This document shows, piece by piece, positions 52,115-63,840 of a stretch of DNA of 64,000 nucleotides. The position numbers and the translations under genes are program-made. The notes beneath the pieces were generated by a model. It did no database searches. It had not been told where the DNA came from and saw only the letters and a list, made by a program, of their open reading frames with translations. Where the stretch lies: assembly GCA_016703525.1 (NCBI GenBank), contig JADJBW010000003.1, positions 19,849-83,848 of the forward strand, in the 5' to 3' direction. Source of the DNA: Actinomycetota bacterium. GTDB taxonomy: Bacteria > Actinomycetota > Acidimicrobiia > Acidimicrobiales > Microtrichaceae. Every line of letters begins with the position of its first letter. Position 1 is the stretch's first letter.

Positions 52115-52606
52115 TCAGGAGTCGACGTTCGGCTGGTGCAACAGCCGGAGCGTGGCGTAGGCCTCGTTGATCCGCTTCGTTTCGAGTTCCGCCTGGCGGA
52201 CGATGTCGGCGGACTGCTCGACGAAGCGGTCGGGGTGGAACTCCTTCGCGAGGCGCCGGTGCGCGGCGACGATCTTGGGCCACGGGTCTTCGCGGGACAC
52301 ACGTAGAACCGAGTAGGGGTCGTCGGGAGTGGCTTCGTCGTCGGGCACGTCCTCGAAGAGCGACTCGTACGTGTAGTACTCGGCAAACCCGCTGCGTGAC
52401 TGCGGTACCTCTTCGGCCACGGCGTGCCGGCGCACGAACGCCGTTCCCACGAACGCAACCTCGGGCTGCGCGCCGACGGGTCGATCCTCGAGTCGCGGCA
52501 GGCGCACCCGTCCGCCGGGAAAGGTTGGTTGGCGCCGGGGGGCGTGGAACGCGGCGGGAGGGGAATCGGCGTTCCTCTCCTCGATGCGTTGCTCGGTCGG
52601 CTCCAT
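52115..52606 (-). CDS. J-domain (DnaJ-like) protein
   Basis: C-terminal J domain with HPD motif (DPYSVLRVSREDPWPKIVAAHRRLAKEFHPDR). Confidence 0.7.
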   Translation of the reverse strand: MEPTEQRIEERNADSPPAAFHAPRRQPTFPGGRVRLPRLEDRPVGAQPEVAFVGTAFVRRHAVAEEVPQSRSGFAEYYTYESLFEDVPDDEATPDDPYSVLRVSREDPWPKIVAAHRRLAKEFHPDRFVEQSADIVRQAELETKRINEAYATLRLLHQPNVDS

Positions 52607-52711
52607 GCGAGTTGTATCGGCAGATGCCCGACGAATCTTCAGCGATTCGGTGTGCAACGCCATCAGGGCCCGCATTTCCTTGACCGAACGGTCAACACGT
52701 AGTCTGCGCGG

Positions 52712-53488
<777 letters not shown>

Positions 53489-53539
53489 GCCTCGTTTCGA
53501 TCCCGGCGTTGCCGGGCGAGACCATTCGCCGAACGGGCG

Positions 53540-54172
53540 TCACGCGTTGCGTGACGCCCGTTTGCCGATCCAGGTGGGATGGTCGGCCATCGCGAGCAGG
53601 TGATCGTCGCCCGAGCTGTCGCCGTACGCCCACAGCTCGGCGCCGGTCAGGTCGCGCTCGGCGAGCCACGACCGAAGCCGCCGCTCCTTCTCGGCCGCAC
53701 GCACGTTGCGCCCCACCAGCTCGCCGGTGACGTGGCCGGTTGCATCGGCATCCATCTCGACGCCGATCACGTGGTCGAACCCGAGGCCGTCGGCGACCGG
53801 CCGCAGGTAGTACACCATCGAGGCGCTCACCATCACGAGGGAGTGCCGCGAGTCGCGATGCCAGCGGACCCGTTCGAGCGTTGCGTCGCGGAACCCCTTG
53901 GGCAGCCGCTGAGCGTACGACCGGCCGGCGTCGTGGAGCTCGTCGATGTGACGGCCGCGCAGCACTCGGCCGAGCACCCGTTCCTTGGCCGCATCGCGTT
54001 CGTCGTCGTCGCCTCGAACGCCGCGGAGCAGCCCGGGCGATTCGGCGCCGAGCGCCGCGGCGACGCGCAATGGGCCACCCACGTGCAGGAGGAACCCGAG
54101 CAGCGTGTCGCGCTGGCTGATCGTTCCGTCGAAGTCGAACGCCGCGACGCCCGACGACGCCCCGTCGCTCAC
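53540..54172 (-). CDS. HAD-IB family hydrolase (phosphoserine phosphatase-like)
   Basis: HAD motif I AAFDFDGTI, motif IV GDSSGD; GTG start. Confidence 0.75.
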   Translation of the reverse strand: MSDGASSGVAAFDFDGTISQRDTLLGFLLHVGGPLRVAAALGAESPGLLRGVRGDDDERDAAKERVLGRVLRGRHIDELHDAGRSYAQRLPKGFRDATLERVRWHRDSRHSLVMVSASMVYYLRPVADGLGFDHVIGVEMDADATGHVTGELVGRNVRAAEKERRLRSWLAERDLTGAELWAYGDSSGDDHLLAMADHPTWIGKRASRNA

Positions 54173-54621
54173 AGTGCGTTCGATCGGTGGCTCAGGAACG
54201 CTTCGAGGCGCTCGAGGGTCCGTTCCATGTTGGGAACGTGGCGACGTGGATACCCGGCGAGCTCGATCGCCTTGGGCGCTCGCGACGTCGACCAGTCGAA
54301 GGTCTCGGTGACCTCGGTGCCGCCGTCGACCGGGCGCAGTTCGTAGCGCCAACGGTGGCCGCCGAGGTGACGCCATGCGATCAGGCGGTCCTGTTCGAAC
54401 TCCACGACCTCGTTCGAGATGCGGTACGGCACCCCCATCCGCATGCCCATCGAGAACTTCGAGCCGAGCCGAAGCTGCCGTTCGTTGGAGTGTGCGCCCT
54501 GCACCGTGCCTGATCCGTCGATGACGGCGTGCAGCGACGGGTCGGACAACACGGCGAAGATCGCGGCGGGGGTGGCAGCGATCGTTCGCGACACGGAGAC
54601 CTGACGAGTGCTCATGTCCAC
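54169..54621 (-). CDS. SRPBCC family protein (polyketide cyclase/dehydrase-like)
   Basis: 150 aa, START/Bet v1-like pattern (VSVSRTIAATPAAIFAVLSDP…). Confidence 0.7.
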   Translation of the reverse strand: MDMSTRQVSVSRTIAATPAAIFAVLSDPSLHAVIDGSGTVQGAHSNERQLRLGSKFSMGMRMGVPYRISNEVVEFEQDRLIAWRHLGGHRWRYELRPVDGGTEVTETFDWSTSRAPKAIELAGYPRRHVPNMERTLERLEAFLSHRSNAL

Positions 54622-54622
54622 A

Positions 54623-55522
54623 TCATCGCAGCATCGACGACAACGCCGAAGCGAGGTCGTCGTGGCCGAACCGGAACCCGGCCCGAAGGAGCACCGCTGG
54701 CTCCACGCGTTGCCCGCCGAGCAGGAGTGCGTCGGCCAACTCGCGCCCGAACAGCGCCCGGGGCCCGATCATCGGCAGGATCGTGGTGGGGCGATGCAGC
54801 ACCGACCCCAACGTGGCGGCGAACTCGGCGTTGGTGACCGGTGAGGGCGCGGTCAGGTTCACCGGACCCGAGATCGTCGATCCGAGCAGAAAGGCGATGG
54901 CGCTCACCTCGTCGTCGAGCGTGATCCAGCTCTGGTACTGACGGCCGGAACCCGCTCGCCCGCCGAGGCCGAGGCGGAACGCAGGCAGTTGGCGGGCGAG
55001 CGCACCGCCCCGGGTCGACAACACGATGCCGGTGCGGATGATCGCCGTGCGGATGCCGGCCTCGGGTGCCGCCGCGGTGGCGGATTCCCAGTCGGCGCAG
55101 AGCCGTGCCAGAAAGTCGTGGCCGGGCGGCGAGGACTCGTCGACCACGTCGTCGCCGGTGTTGCCGTAGTACCCGATCGCGCTCGCGGAGATGAACGCGC
55201 CCGGGGGCCGTCGACACGAGGCGAGCGCTTCGGCGACAAGCCCGGTGCCAACGATGCGGCTCGAACGGAGCCGCTGCTTCTGCGCTGCGGTCCAGCGACG
55301 CTCGCCGATCCCCTCCCCGGCGAGGTGCACGACGGCGTCGAGTCCCTCGAAGGCTCCGGTGTCGATCCGTGAGTTCTCGGGATCCCATCGGATCTCGTCG
55401 TCTGAGGCCCGTTCCCGGCGCTCCCCTCGAACGACGCGCACGACACGATGTCCCTCGCGGGTGAGGTGGTCGCGGAGCGCGGAGCCGATCAGCCCGCTTG
55501 AACCGGTGACGGCGATGTCCAT
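54623..55522 (-). CDS. TIGR01777-family NAD-dependent epimerase/dehydratase (DUF1731 C-term)
   Basis: Rossmann VTGSSGLIGSAL, …YQSWITLDDEVSAIAFLL… ; start at MDIAVTG. Confidence 0.8.
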   Translation of the reverse strand: MDIAVTGSSGLIGSALRDHLTREGHRVVRVVRGERRERASDDEIRWDPENSRIDTGAFEGLDAVVHLAGEGIGERRWTAAQKQRLRSSRIVGTGLVAEALASCRRPPGAFISASAIGYYGNTGDDVVDESSPPGHDFLARLCADWESATAAAPEAGIRTAIIRTGIVLSTRGGALARQLPAFRLGLGGRAGSGRQYQSWITLDDEVSAIAFLLGSTISGPVNLTAPSPVTNAEFAATLGSVLHRPTTILPMIGPRALFGRELADALLLGGQRVEPAVLLRAGFRFGHDDLASALSSMLR

Positions 55523-55587
55523 GGTGGTGTCAGCGGTTCTGGTAGCGGGCGCATTCCGGGCCGGAAGCGGACCCTGCTGAACTGAGC

Positions 55588-57189
55588 GTGATGACGCCTC
55601 CTCGAGTGGTGTTAGGGTGTGGGGAGCGAGTCGGCGGAGTCCAACCGGATAGCATCCGCGGAATGACCGAGCCCGCCGTTTCCGACGAGTTGGTGAACGG
55701 CGCACCGGATTCCGCTCGGATGGTTGGGCGTTCAGAAGGGTCTGTGGGAGATCGGGCCGAGGTCCCTCGAACATCCACATTCAGTCGCCGGCTCCTGCAG
55801 ATCTGCGCGGCCTCGTTCGCACTGCGACTGTCGTACGTGCTGTTGGTGACGAAGAGCGCGCCGCTCGCCGGAGATGCGCTGTACTACTCGGCGCAAGGCC
55901 AAGCGATCGCTGCTGGCAGGGGGTTCGCTCACCCGTTCTACTTCGCGGGCACGATGCCGGCGGCGGACCATCCTCCCCTTGCCGCGATCGTCATGGCCCT
56001 GGGTCCGCTGATCGTGGGTAGCAAGTCCATGGTGTTCGGGATGCCGCTGTTCGTATTCGTCCAACGTCTCACGCTGGTCTTGATCGGCACGGCAACGGTC
56101 GCTGTGGTCGGGGCTACGGCTCGACGAACAATGTCAGTTCCGGCATCGGGCGAGCTCGATCGGGATCAGGAGTCGATCAGCGGAAGGGCGGCACAACGTG
56201 ATGCTGGACCGGTCGCGGATCGCGTGGGTCTCCTTGCCGCCTGTTTTGCCGCAGTAAGCCCGTCGCTCTGGGTGAACGACGGCATCTTGATGTCGGAGTC
56301 GGTTGCGGCGCTGGCCTTGGCTGCTGTCCTCTGGGTCGCGCTGGTCGCGTGGGGTCGCCCGGGAATTCGTCAATGGGCGATGTTGGGAGGCGCGATTGGC
56401 CTCGCTGCGCTCGCCCGTGCCGAGTCGGTATCGCTCCTTGCTGTGCTCGCCGCACCCATGGTGCTGTTGCGCCACCGGGGCAGCGCTCGAAAGATCCTGT
56501 TCTCGGGCGTTTCCGCGGCAATCGCATGTCTTCTGGTGTGCGCTACGTGGTTGATCCCCAACGCGATCCGATTCGAGGAACGAGCGTTGTTCTCGACAAG
56601 CGACGGCCTGCTGTGGCTCGGCGCCAACTGTCCCGATACCTACAGCGGTGATTGGCGAGGATTCTGGACGCTGGGGTGTCTTCGTCACTTCGATACCGAC
56701 GGGAACGGTAGGAACGATGAGGAGGACCTCCATTCATGGTCGCCATTCGACAGGGCGACGGAGGACCAATCGCAGATCTCACGCCGATATCAAGCCGCAG
56801 CATTTCAGTTCATCGGCGGCCACAAGCGTGCGTTCGTAAAGCTCAGTGTCGTTCGGGTGGCACGCACGTGGGGGATCTGGCGTCCAGATCAGATGGCGGA
56901 GTACAACCGAGGCGAGGGGCGATCGCTCGCGGTGTCGTGGATGGCTTGGGCCGACCACATCATCATGATGCCGTTGGCAGCTGTGGGGCTGGTGGCATTG
57001 CGCCGAGCCGGTCGTTCGACGTGGCCCTTCGTGGCGCAGGGTATTGCGGTAACCCTGATTTCGGCGCTCGTCTACGGGCTGGCCCGATTCCGTCTCGGTT
57101 GGGACGTGGCAGCATGCATCCTGGCGGCGATCGGCGTCGATCGGTCGCTCCGGCGATTCAGCACTCGGGTGGGCGCTTCCCGTGAGTGA
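55588..57189 (+). CDS. GT-C fold glycosyltransferase (PMT/ArnT, family 39-like) membrane protein
   Basis: multi-TM protein with GT39-like N-terminal region; local GC visibly lower than flanks; start likely internal (MTEPAV or MVGRSE). Confidence 0.55.
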   Translation: MMTPPRVVLGCGERVGGVQPDSIRGMTEPAVSDELVNGAPDSARMVGRSEGSVGDRAEVPRTSTFSRRLLQICAASFALRLSYVLLVTKSAPLAGDALYYSAQGQAIAAGRGFAHPFYFAGTMPAADHPPLAAIVMALGPLIVGSKSMVFGMPLFVFVQRLTLVLIGTATVAVVGATARRTMSVPASGELDRDQESISGRAAQRDAGPVADRVGLLAACFAAVSPSLWVNDGILMSESVAALALAAVLWVALVAWGRPGIRQWAMLGGAIGLAALARAESVSLLAVLAAPMVLLRHRGSARKILFSGVSAAIACLLVCATWLIPNAIRFEERALFSTSDGLLWLGANCPDTYSGDWRGFWTLGCLRHFDTDGNGRNDEEDLHSWSPFDRATEDQSQISRRYQAAAFQFIGGHKRAFVKLSVVRVARTWGIWRPDQMAEYNRGEGRSLAVSWMAWADHIIMMPLAAVGLVALRRAGRSTWPFVAQGIAVTLISALVYGLARFRLGWDVAACILAAIGVDRSLRRFSTRVGASRE

Positions 57190-58911
57190 GCCCAAACGAG
57201 GTAGACGTGTCCGGGGCCTGGCTCCGTACTGGTTCGTAGCGCCGCTCGTTGTAGCGGCCTTTGTCTCGTTCGGGCGTTCCTGGACCCCTATCGGAGACCT
57301 GGCGTTGGTCGACCTCAAGCTCCGCCACTTGTTGTCCCACCCGCCCCTCGTCGGTCCCTATTCCCGCTTCGGTTGGAGCCATCCTGGCCCGGCGATGTAT
57401 TGGATCCTGTGGCTGCCGTGGCGCATCGTCGGTGGTGGTCCGAGGGGCCTGCTCTTCTCGACGCTCCTCTGGCACGCCGGTGCCAGCACAGTGTCGTTGT
57501 GGCTCGCCCGAAGGTGCGGCGGGATTCGTCTGATGATCGTTTCGGCCGTCGTTCTGGTGGCCACAACGGTGGTGAACCAGCCCGACGCACTGGTTCAGCC
57601 ATGGAACCCGTATCTGAACTTCACCCTTGTCCCGGGTTTGATGTGTGCCGTCGTCCTTGCAGCACGAATCGACCGTGTCGGCTGGGTTTGGTTCGCCGTG
57701 ATCGGCTCCGTGATGGCGCAGAATCATCTCGGCCTGCTGCCTCCGGTGCTGACGCTCGTGGGGGTCGTGGCTGCGTGCACGCTCGTTCGGTGGTGGAGGT
57801 CGGACGACCGCAGCGCCCGCTGGCGAGGTGACGGCGTGACCCTCGCGCTGGTCGGCGGAACCGGGGTCGTGCTCTGGCTTCTCCCGATCGTCGAGCAAAT
57901 CCTTCACGCGCCCGGGAATCTCTCCCTTCTCTGGCGGTTCGCCTCCGGCTCGGAGGCCCGTCTCGGCATCGCCGGAGCGGCTCGAATCATCGGTCGTCAG
58001 TTGGGCCTGACTCCGCCGTGGCTGGGGTTCCGGACGCCGCTCGACCAGTTCGTCGGCGGCATCGACGTCAGCTTGGGGGGCTGGCGGACATGGCCGGTGC
58101 TGCTGGTGCTTCCCATCCTCGCGTTGATGAGGGCCGCCCGGAGTCGACGGTGGCCTGACCTTGAGATCGTGGCGCTGTTCACGATGACGATTCTGGTCGG
58201 CTTCGCTTCGGTGGTTGGCGTGTCGGGCCCGCCCACGAGTACCTCGTGGCCTGGGTTTCACTGGCGTGCGCGATGCTCGTCGGATTCTCTCTCGTGACGC
58301 TGGTCCTTCCGGTGTTAGGCCAACGTGCCAGTGTCGGGGGACGTTCGTTGCGCGCGGCTCGTCTGGTTCTTGCATTTGCCGGCGGATCGCTCGCCGTCTC
58401 CACTGTGATTGCGCCGAACCCGTACTTGCACCTCGCTCCGGCCGCTCGGGAGCTCGATGAGCAACTGGCCCGCCGATATGACTCAGCCGCACCCACCCTC
58501 AACTTCGTTGAGGTGACGGACTTCGATGCCTTGTCCGTGCTGTCAGCCCTCGTCGATACCGCTGAGCGTCGGGGATGGACGGTTCATGTCCCGAGTGAGT
58601 ATGCGAAGGTCGGTTTCGACGGTAAGTGGACGGAGGTCGACCGTGATCCCCGACATGAACAGCTCACGCTTGCGTCGGGGATCGCGGCGCGACGTCTCCT
58701 TGAGGACCCGACGCTGGAGCGGATCGCCTACTACCAGCCGTTCTCCGAAGGCACGCGGCGCCGGATCTGGGAGCTGTCCCGGAGTCTCGAGCAGCTCCGC
58801 GGAATCGAAAGTCCGAGCGAGGAGGAGGTGCTCGGGGGTTTCTACAAATCGGTGGAACTCGCTCGATTGCAGAACGCCAAGGCTGATGTCTCGATCTTCC
58901 GCCGTCGATGA
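57182..58911 (+). CDS. polytopic membrane protein, frameshift near 58240
   Basis: N-terminal 350 aa multi-TM ORF continues in another frame (…VAWVSLACAMLVGFSLVTLVLP… to 58911). Confidence 0.5.
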
Positions 58912-59043
58912 CCGATTGAACACGTGACCTGATCGATCGCGACGTATCGCGTGCTGTCATTGTCGATCGTCAACGCGGCACGCTAATGGGAATTCAACAC
59001 CCGGCGCTCTAGTAGCCCCAACTCTTCACGGGGTGATTTGGGG

Positions 59044-60588
59044 GTAACCAGTCAGGTGTGATCGCGCGGTGTGTGGTGGTCCACCACGGTCCGCGCGACT
59101 GGTGGTAGACCGTGTGTCGTGGACGACGCGGAGCGGATCGGGGTGTTGGAAGCCCGTAACGCTGTCGCCGTGTTGGAAGCCGAGAACGCTGCGTTGCGGG
59201 CACGCGTCGGCGAGTTGAACACCCAGGTCGAGTCGCTGATCGCCAAGATCGCGACGCTGGAAAAGGTGTTGGGCCTGAACTCGTCGAACTCGTCGAAACC
59301 ACCGTCGTCTGACAGCTCGACGCAACGAAACAAGCGGACACCGAACGCGAACCGGGCTGCACGCCGCGCCAAAGGCCGCCCGCAGGGCAAACAGCCGGGA
59401 ACGACAGGCGAAACGTTGCGTCAGATCACCGATCCCGACGAGGTTGTCGCCCACCAGCCCGAAACGTGTCGGCGATGCGAAGCATCGTTGGGCGCAGCGA
59501 CGGTGAGCGGCGAGGTTGTCCCGCAGGTGTTCGACATCGCAGCACCAGCAGTGGTTGTGGTCGAGCATCGTGCCAACGGCGCCGCTGCACGTGCGGGTGT
59601 GAGACCACAGCAGGGTTCCCGCCCGAAGCGTCCGCGCCTGCGGTGTACGGGCCGGCGATCAAAGCTCACGCCCTGTATCTGATGTGCGCCCAACACATCC
59701 CGCGGGACCGATGCGCCCAGACGATCCATGACCTGTTCGGGGTGAACGTGTCGACCGGCACGCTCGACAACTGGCTGACCGAAGCCGCTGAGGCGTTGGT
59801 GATGTTCATCGCTGCGCTCACCGTGCAGCTCCGTGCCGCTGGTCATGTGCACGCCGATGAGACACCGGTGCGTTCCGGTAGGACCCAACTGTGGGTCCAT
59901 GTCACCTGCACCGCCTGGTTGACGTTGCTCCACGTCGGGCGTCGCAACAAGGCGACCGTTGAAGCGGGTCCGCTCGGCGACTACCACGGCACGATCGTTC
60001 ATGACCGTCTCGCCATGTACTTCGGGTACGGCGGCGGTCACGTGTTGTGTAACGCCCACGTTTTGCGGTCGCTTCACGCCTTGTTGTCGTCTCGAACCCA
60101 CCGAGAGTGGGCCCGCGGGTTCATCGAGTTGATCTGTGACACGAAGACTCGTGCCGATACGGCGCGGGTCGGGGGACGGGGTGCGCTCGGTGCCCGCGAG
60201 CGAAGACGGATCTGTCGCCGTTGGAACGATCTCTGTGACCAAGCCGATGTTGCCGCGCCGGGCGTGTACCTGTACGGGCTCGACAAAGACGCGTACCTGC
60301 TCGCGCGGGCACTCCGTGTGCATCGCGACGACCTGTTGGCGTACACCGCGGATCTCACGTTGCCGTTTGACAACAACCTGGCTGAACGTGATCTCCGGAT
60401 GATCAAGCTTCAAGCCAAGATCTCCGGCGAGTTCCGCAGCCAGACCGGAGCGGCGCGCTTCGCTGCGATCCGCAGCTACATCGGTACCAGCCGCAAACAA
60501 GGCCAGAACATCCACACGCACCTCCGTGACCTCTTCACCCCGACCGGCGCCTGGATCCCCACCCCCGCCTACTGACCTGACTGGTTAC
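59044..60588 (+). mobile_element. IS66-family insertion sequence (single-ORF type), 14-bp terminal IRs GTAACCAGTCAGGT, flanked by 8-bp TSD ATTTGGGG
   Basis: IRs at 59044-59057 and 60575-60588; identical direct repeats ATTTGGGG at 59036-59043 and 60589-60596. Confidence 0.85.
59071..60575 (+). CDS. IS66 family transposase, frameshift near 59600
   Basis: N-terminal leucine-zipper/zinc-finger part (…SSKPPSSD…CRRCEASL) and DDE catalytic part (…DETPV…CNAHVLR…NNLAERDLR…) in different frames. Confidence 0.85.
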
Positions 60589-60699
60589 ATTTGGGGTGAG
60601 CATCGAGGCCGATTTCGGCTTCAGCCGGGTGGCCGGGCCGGGTTTGGGGTCGGCTGGCGGGTGTTGGAGGGGTCAGCGAGGCCCTGTCTGTCAGGGTGG

Positions 60700-62230
60700 G
60701 GTGAGACACCGCGTTGAGCGGTTGTGACTCCTCCAGGGCGAGAAACGGACCCGAAATCTGATGACGTTGACGACTGCAGATCTGGTTGACCGCGCCCAAA
60801 ATGGGCGGGTGGATGAGATCGACCCTGCCGCCAGACCGAAGCGCCGCACGTTCACCGCGGCCGAGAAGCACGCGCATCTCGATGCGTACGATGCCCTGGC
60901 GAAGGGCAGCGAGAAACGTGGCGCGTACCTGCGCCGCGAAGGCCTGTACTCGTCGCATCTCGCCGAGTGGCGCAAACAACGCGACCGGGCCGGGACGACA
61001 CCGCCGGCGGGGCGGGTGAAGCGGACCGCCGAACAGGTTGAACTGGACCGGCTCCGACGGCGCAACGCTCGGTTGGAGGCCGAGCTCGAGCGCACCAAGT
61101 TGGCGTTGGAGATCACGGGAAAAGCACACGCGCTCTTGGAGCTCATCTCCGAGAGCGCGGACACCGAGCCGAGGTCGACCAAGTGATCGACGACCACTTC
61201 GACGAACTCGCGAAACAGACATGCGTCCGCCGGGCTGCCGCCTTGTTGGGTCGGCCCCGTGCCACCCACTATCGGCGGCACCAGCCCCCGAAACTAGGCC
61301 CGCCCGTCCCACGCCCGGCGCCGGCCAACGCGCTCACCGAGACCGAACGTCAACACGTGTTGGCGGTGTTGCGGTCGCCCGAATACAGCGATCTGGCACC
61401 TGCCCAGGTGTGGGCCCGACTCCTCGATGACGGCGTCTACCTGTGCTCGATCGCCACGATGTACCGGCTGTTGGCCGTCGCGGGCGAGAACCGCGAACGG
61501 CGCCGTCAACGCACCCACCCCGCGAAGAAGAAACCCGAGCTGATCGCCCGAGGCCCCAACGAGGTGTGGAGTTGGGATATCACGAAGCTTCGCGGTCCGA
61601 CCCGCGGCGTCTACTACGAGTTGTTCGTGATCATCGACATCTACTCCCGCTACGTCGTCGCCTGGTGCATCGCACCCGCCGAGACCGGCGAACTCGCCAA
61701 AGAGTTCATCGACGCTGCCATCCAGAGTCAGGGCGTGGCCCGAAACCAGCTCACGCTTCACGCCGACCGCGGCACCTCGATGACCTCGAAACCCGTCGCG
61801 CAGCTCCTCGTCGACCTCGGCGTCGCCCGCTCACATTCGCGGCCTCACGTCTCCAACGACAACCCCTACAGCGAAGCCCAGTTCAAGACCCTCAAGTACT
61901 GCCCGGCGTTCCCCACCAACTTCGGGTCGATCCACGACGCCCGAGCGTTCTGCGAGACGTTCTTCGCCTACTACAACCACGAACACCGCCACTCCGGCAT
62001 CGCACTCCACACCCCCGCGTCGGTGCACTACGGCACCTCCACCGAAATCAGCGCCCAACGAGCCGCGACCCTCGACGCCGCCTACGCCGCCAACCCCGAC
62101 CGGTTCCGCGGCCGACGGCCCGCCCCGCCCAAGCTCCCTACCGTCGCCTGGATCAACGACCCATCGCGCGAAGCGCTCATACAGAACAACTAACCGAAAA
62201 CTGTCTCAAACTCCTTGACAGGTTCCGAGG
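60700..62230 (+). mobile_element. IS3-family insertion sequence (orfA/orfB), boundaries approximate
   Basis: OrfA 60761-61186 (HTH, leucine zipper) overlapping OrfB 61183-62193 (integrase-core DDE: …WSWDITK…DRGTSMTS…); IRs not resolved. Confidence 0.75.
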
Positions 62231-62343
62231 CGAGGCGAGGCGGGGTGGTGTTGGCGCTGGCCTGAGCGTGGTGCCGGTCGTGTTCAGGTTCGTGTGTGGT
62301 CAGGCGATGAGGGCGATGCGCTGGTAGGCGCCGACCAGGACGC

Positions 62344-62889
62344 TTAAGCGGTGGGCCAGTCGTCGATGAGCCTGACGATGGTTTGGCGTGCGGTGCGCAC
62401 GAGGCGGCCGGGCGCACCGAACAAGGTCCAGCGGAGCTCCTTGGGTCGCACATCACCCACGTCAGGGAGGCAACGAGTTGGAACCAGCGGAACCAGATCC
62501 GCGGCGAGGGTGACGGTCTGGAGCCACGCTTGGTTGGTGTCGAACCGGTTGAACGGGAACCGGCACAGGCCTGAGTCCTTCAACCGTTGAATGTGTTGTT
62601 CGACATGCGCGTGAGCGCGCATGGTCGCGTCGCACTCGACGGGGTCACCGTCCTGGTCGGTGTAGAACCCCCAGTATCGGTATTCCAGCGACGGGAACAG
62701 GGAGCGTTGAGCGCCGGGGTGTAACGGTTCACGACGCACGATGAGCCTGGTCCCGGCAGGGAGTCTCGAGTCGTCGATGAGCGACGTGAGTTCGCATACA
62801 GCAGCACCATCGGTGCGCGGTCGGCCGTCGCGATCGATTGCTGGGGTCCAGGCGTCGACACCGATCGAGTCGCTGATTGCTGCGGTCAC
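62344..62889 (-). pseudogene. IS1380-family transposase, C-terminal fragment only
   Basis: …EYRYWGFYTDQ…HAHVEQHIQRLKDSGLCRFPFNRFDTNQAWLQTVTLAADLV… matches conserved C-terminus of IS1380 transposases; N-terminal ~270 aa absent. Confidence 0.55.
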
Positions 62890-62970
62890 AGCAGGGTTGG
62901 AGCGTGAGGATGCATGGTTCCGTGTGCGGGCGCGGCGCCGGATAGACGAGGGGGGAGATCGCGAGCGGGT

Positions 62971-63840
62971 CTACTCGGCTACGACGATCGGTGAGCAGGT
63001 CTGCTGGCCTCGCCGGAGGTGGTCAACACGCAAAAGATCGATTGCCCGAACGGCGGGCGGAGTCGGCTCGATGAAGCGAAGTGCCGGGACGAAGAACCGG
63101 TCGTACGTCGCGGCGAATCTGGCGCTCGTGGGATCCTTGCGTCCGAGCCGTGCCACCAGGAACCACGCGAACATCCCCGGGAAGTTGACCGAGCGCATGT
63201 CTGCAATCTCACATTCGGTCGCCGTTGCGAGTTCGCGCAGCGCTCGTTTCGTGTACCGCCGGAAGTGGCCGATCGAGCGATCGAAGTCGGACATGAGCCA
63301 CTGGTAGGCGGGAACGTACAGGATGATGTTGGCCGCGGGCTCGAGAAGCTCGCAGATTTCACGCACGGCGGCGCGGTCATCGGGTAGGTGTTCGAGCACG
63401 TTGACGAGCACGGCGCACCCATGGAGAGGCGCGGGCTTGTAGTCCTCGATCCCGCCAGCGACGACCGTGATGTTGTCGTGGCCAGCGACGCGTTCGCGGA
63501 GCCGGTCGGCAGCGGCCTCGAAGGGTTCGAGCGCAGTGACGGTCCGTCCTTGCGACCAGCGCGCGGTGAAGGTGCCGGTGCCGGCTCCCACTTCGAGCAC
63601 GTGGTCGCCGAGCCACGGCTGGCACATCGAGCAAATCCAGCCGACGTAGTTCTCGGCGCCGTCGAGCGACTCGAGAACCGGGCTGAGTGCAGCTCCGGCG
63701 CTGTCGATCGTGACTGGGTCTCTGTCGGCGCTCACGGGAGGGTGAAAGGTCGGTGTGGGCACGGTGGGGAGAATAGGCGAACCGCCGTCGGCAGGGGATA
63801 GGCCTGCCTTCGTGGCAGACCGCCGAGGGTCGATCGGCAA
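62971..63840 (-). CDS. class I SAM-dependent methyltransferase
   Basis: motif I LEVGAGTG, motif II-like (AVLVNVLEHLPDDRAAV); start probably internal GTG. Confidence 0.8.
   Translation of the reverse strand: MPIDPRRSATKAGLSPADGGSPILPTVPTPTFHPPVSADRDPVTIDSAGAALSPVLESLDGAENYVGWICSMCQPWLGDHVLEVGAGTGTFTARWSQGRTVTALEPFEAAADRLRERVAGHDNITVVAGGIEDYKPAPLHGCAVLVNVLEHLPDDRAAVREICELLEPAANIILYVPAYQWLMSDFDRSIGHFRRYTKRALRELATATECEIADMRSVNFPGMFAWFLVARLGRKDPTSARFAATYDRFFVPALRFIEPTPPAVRAIDLLRVDHLRRGQQTCSPIVVAE

Noticed and set aside
60594-60720. Spacer between IS66 and IS3 elements as a third IS terminus
   Set aside because: No inverted-repeat partner found. The IS3 IRs could not be resolved, so this segment is left unassigned.
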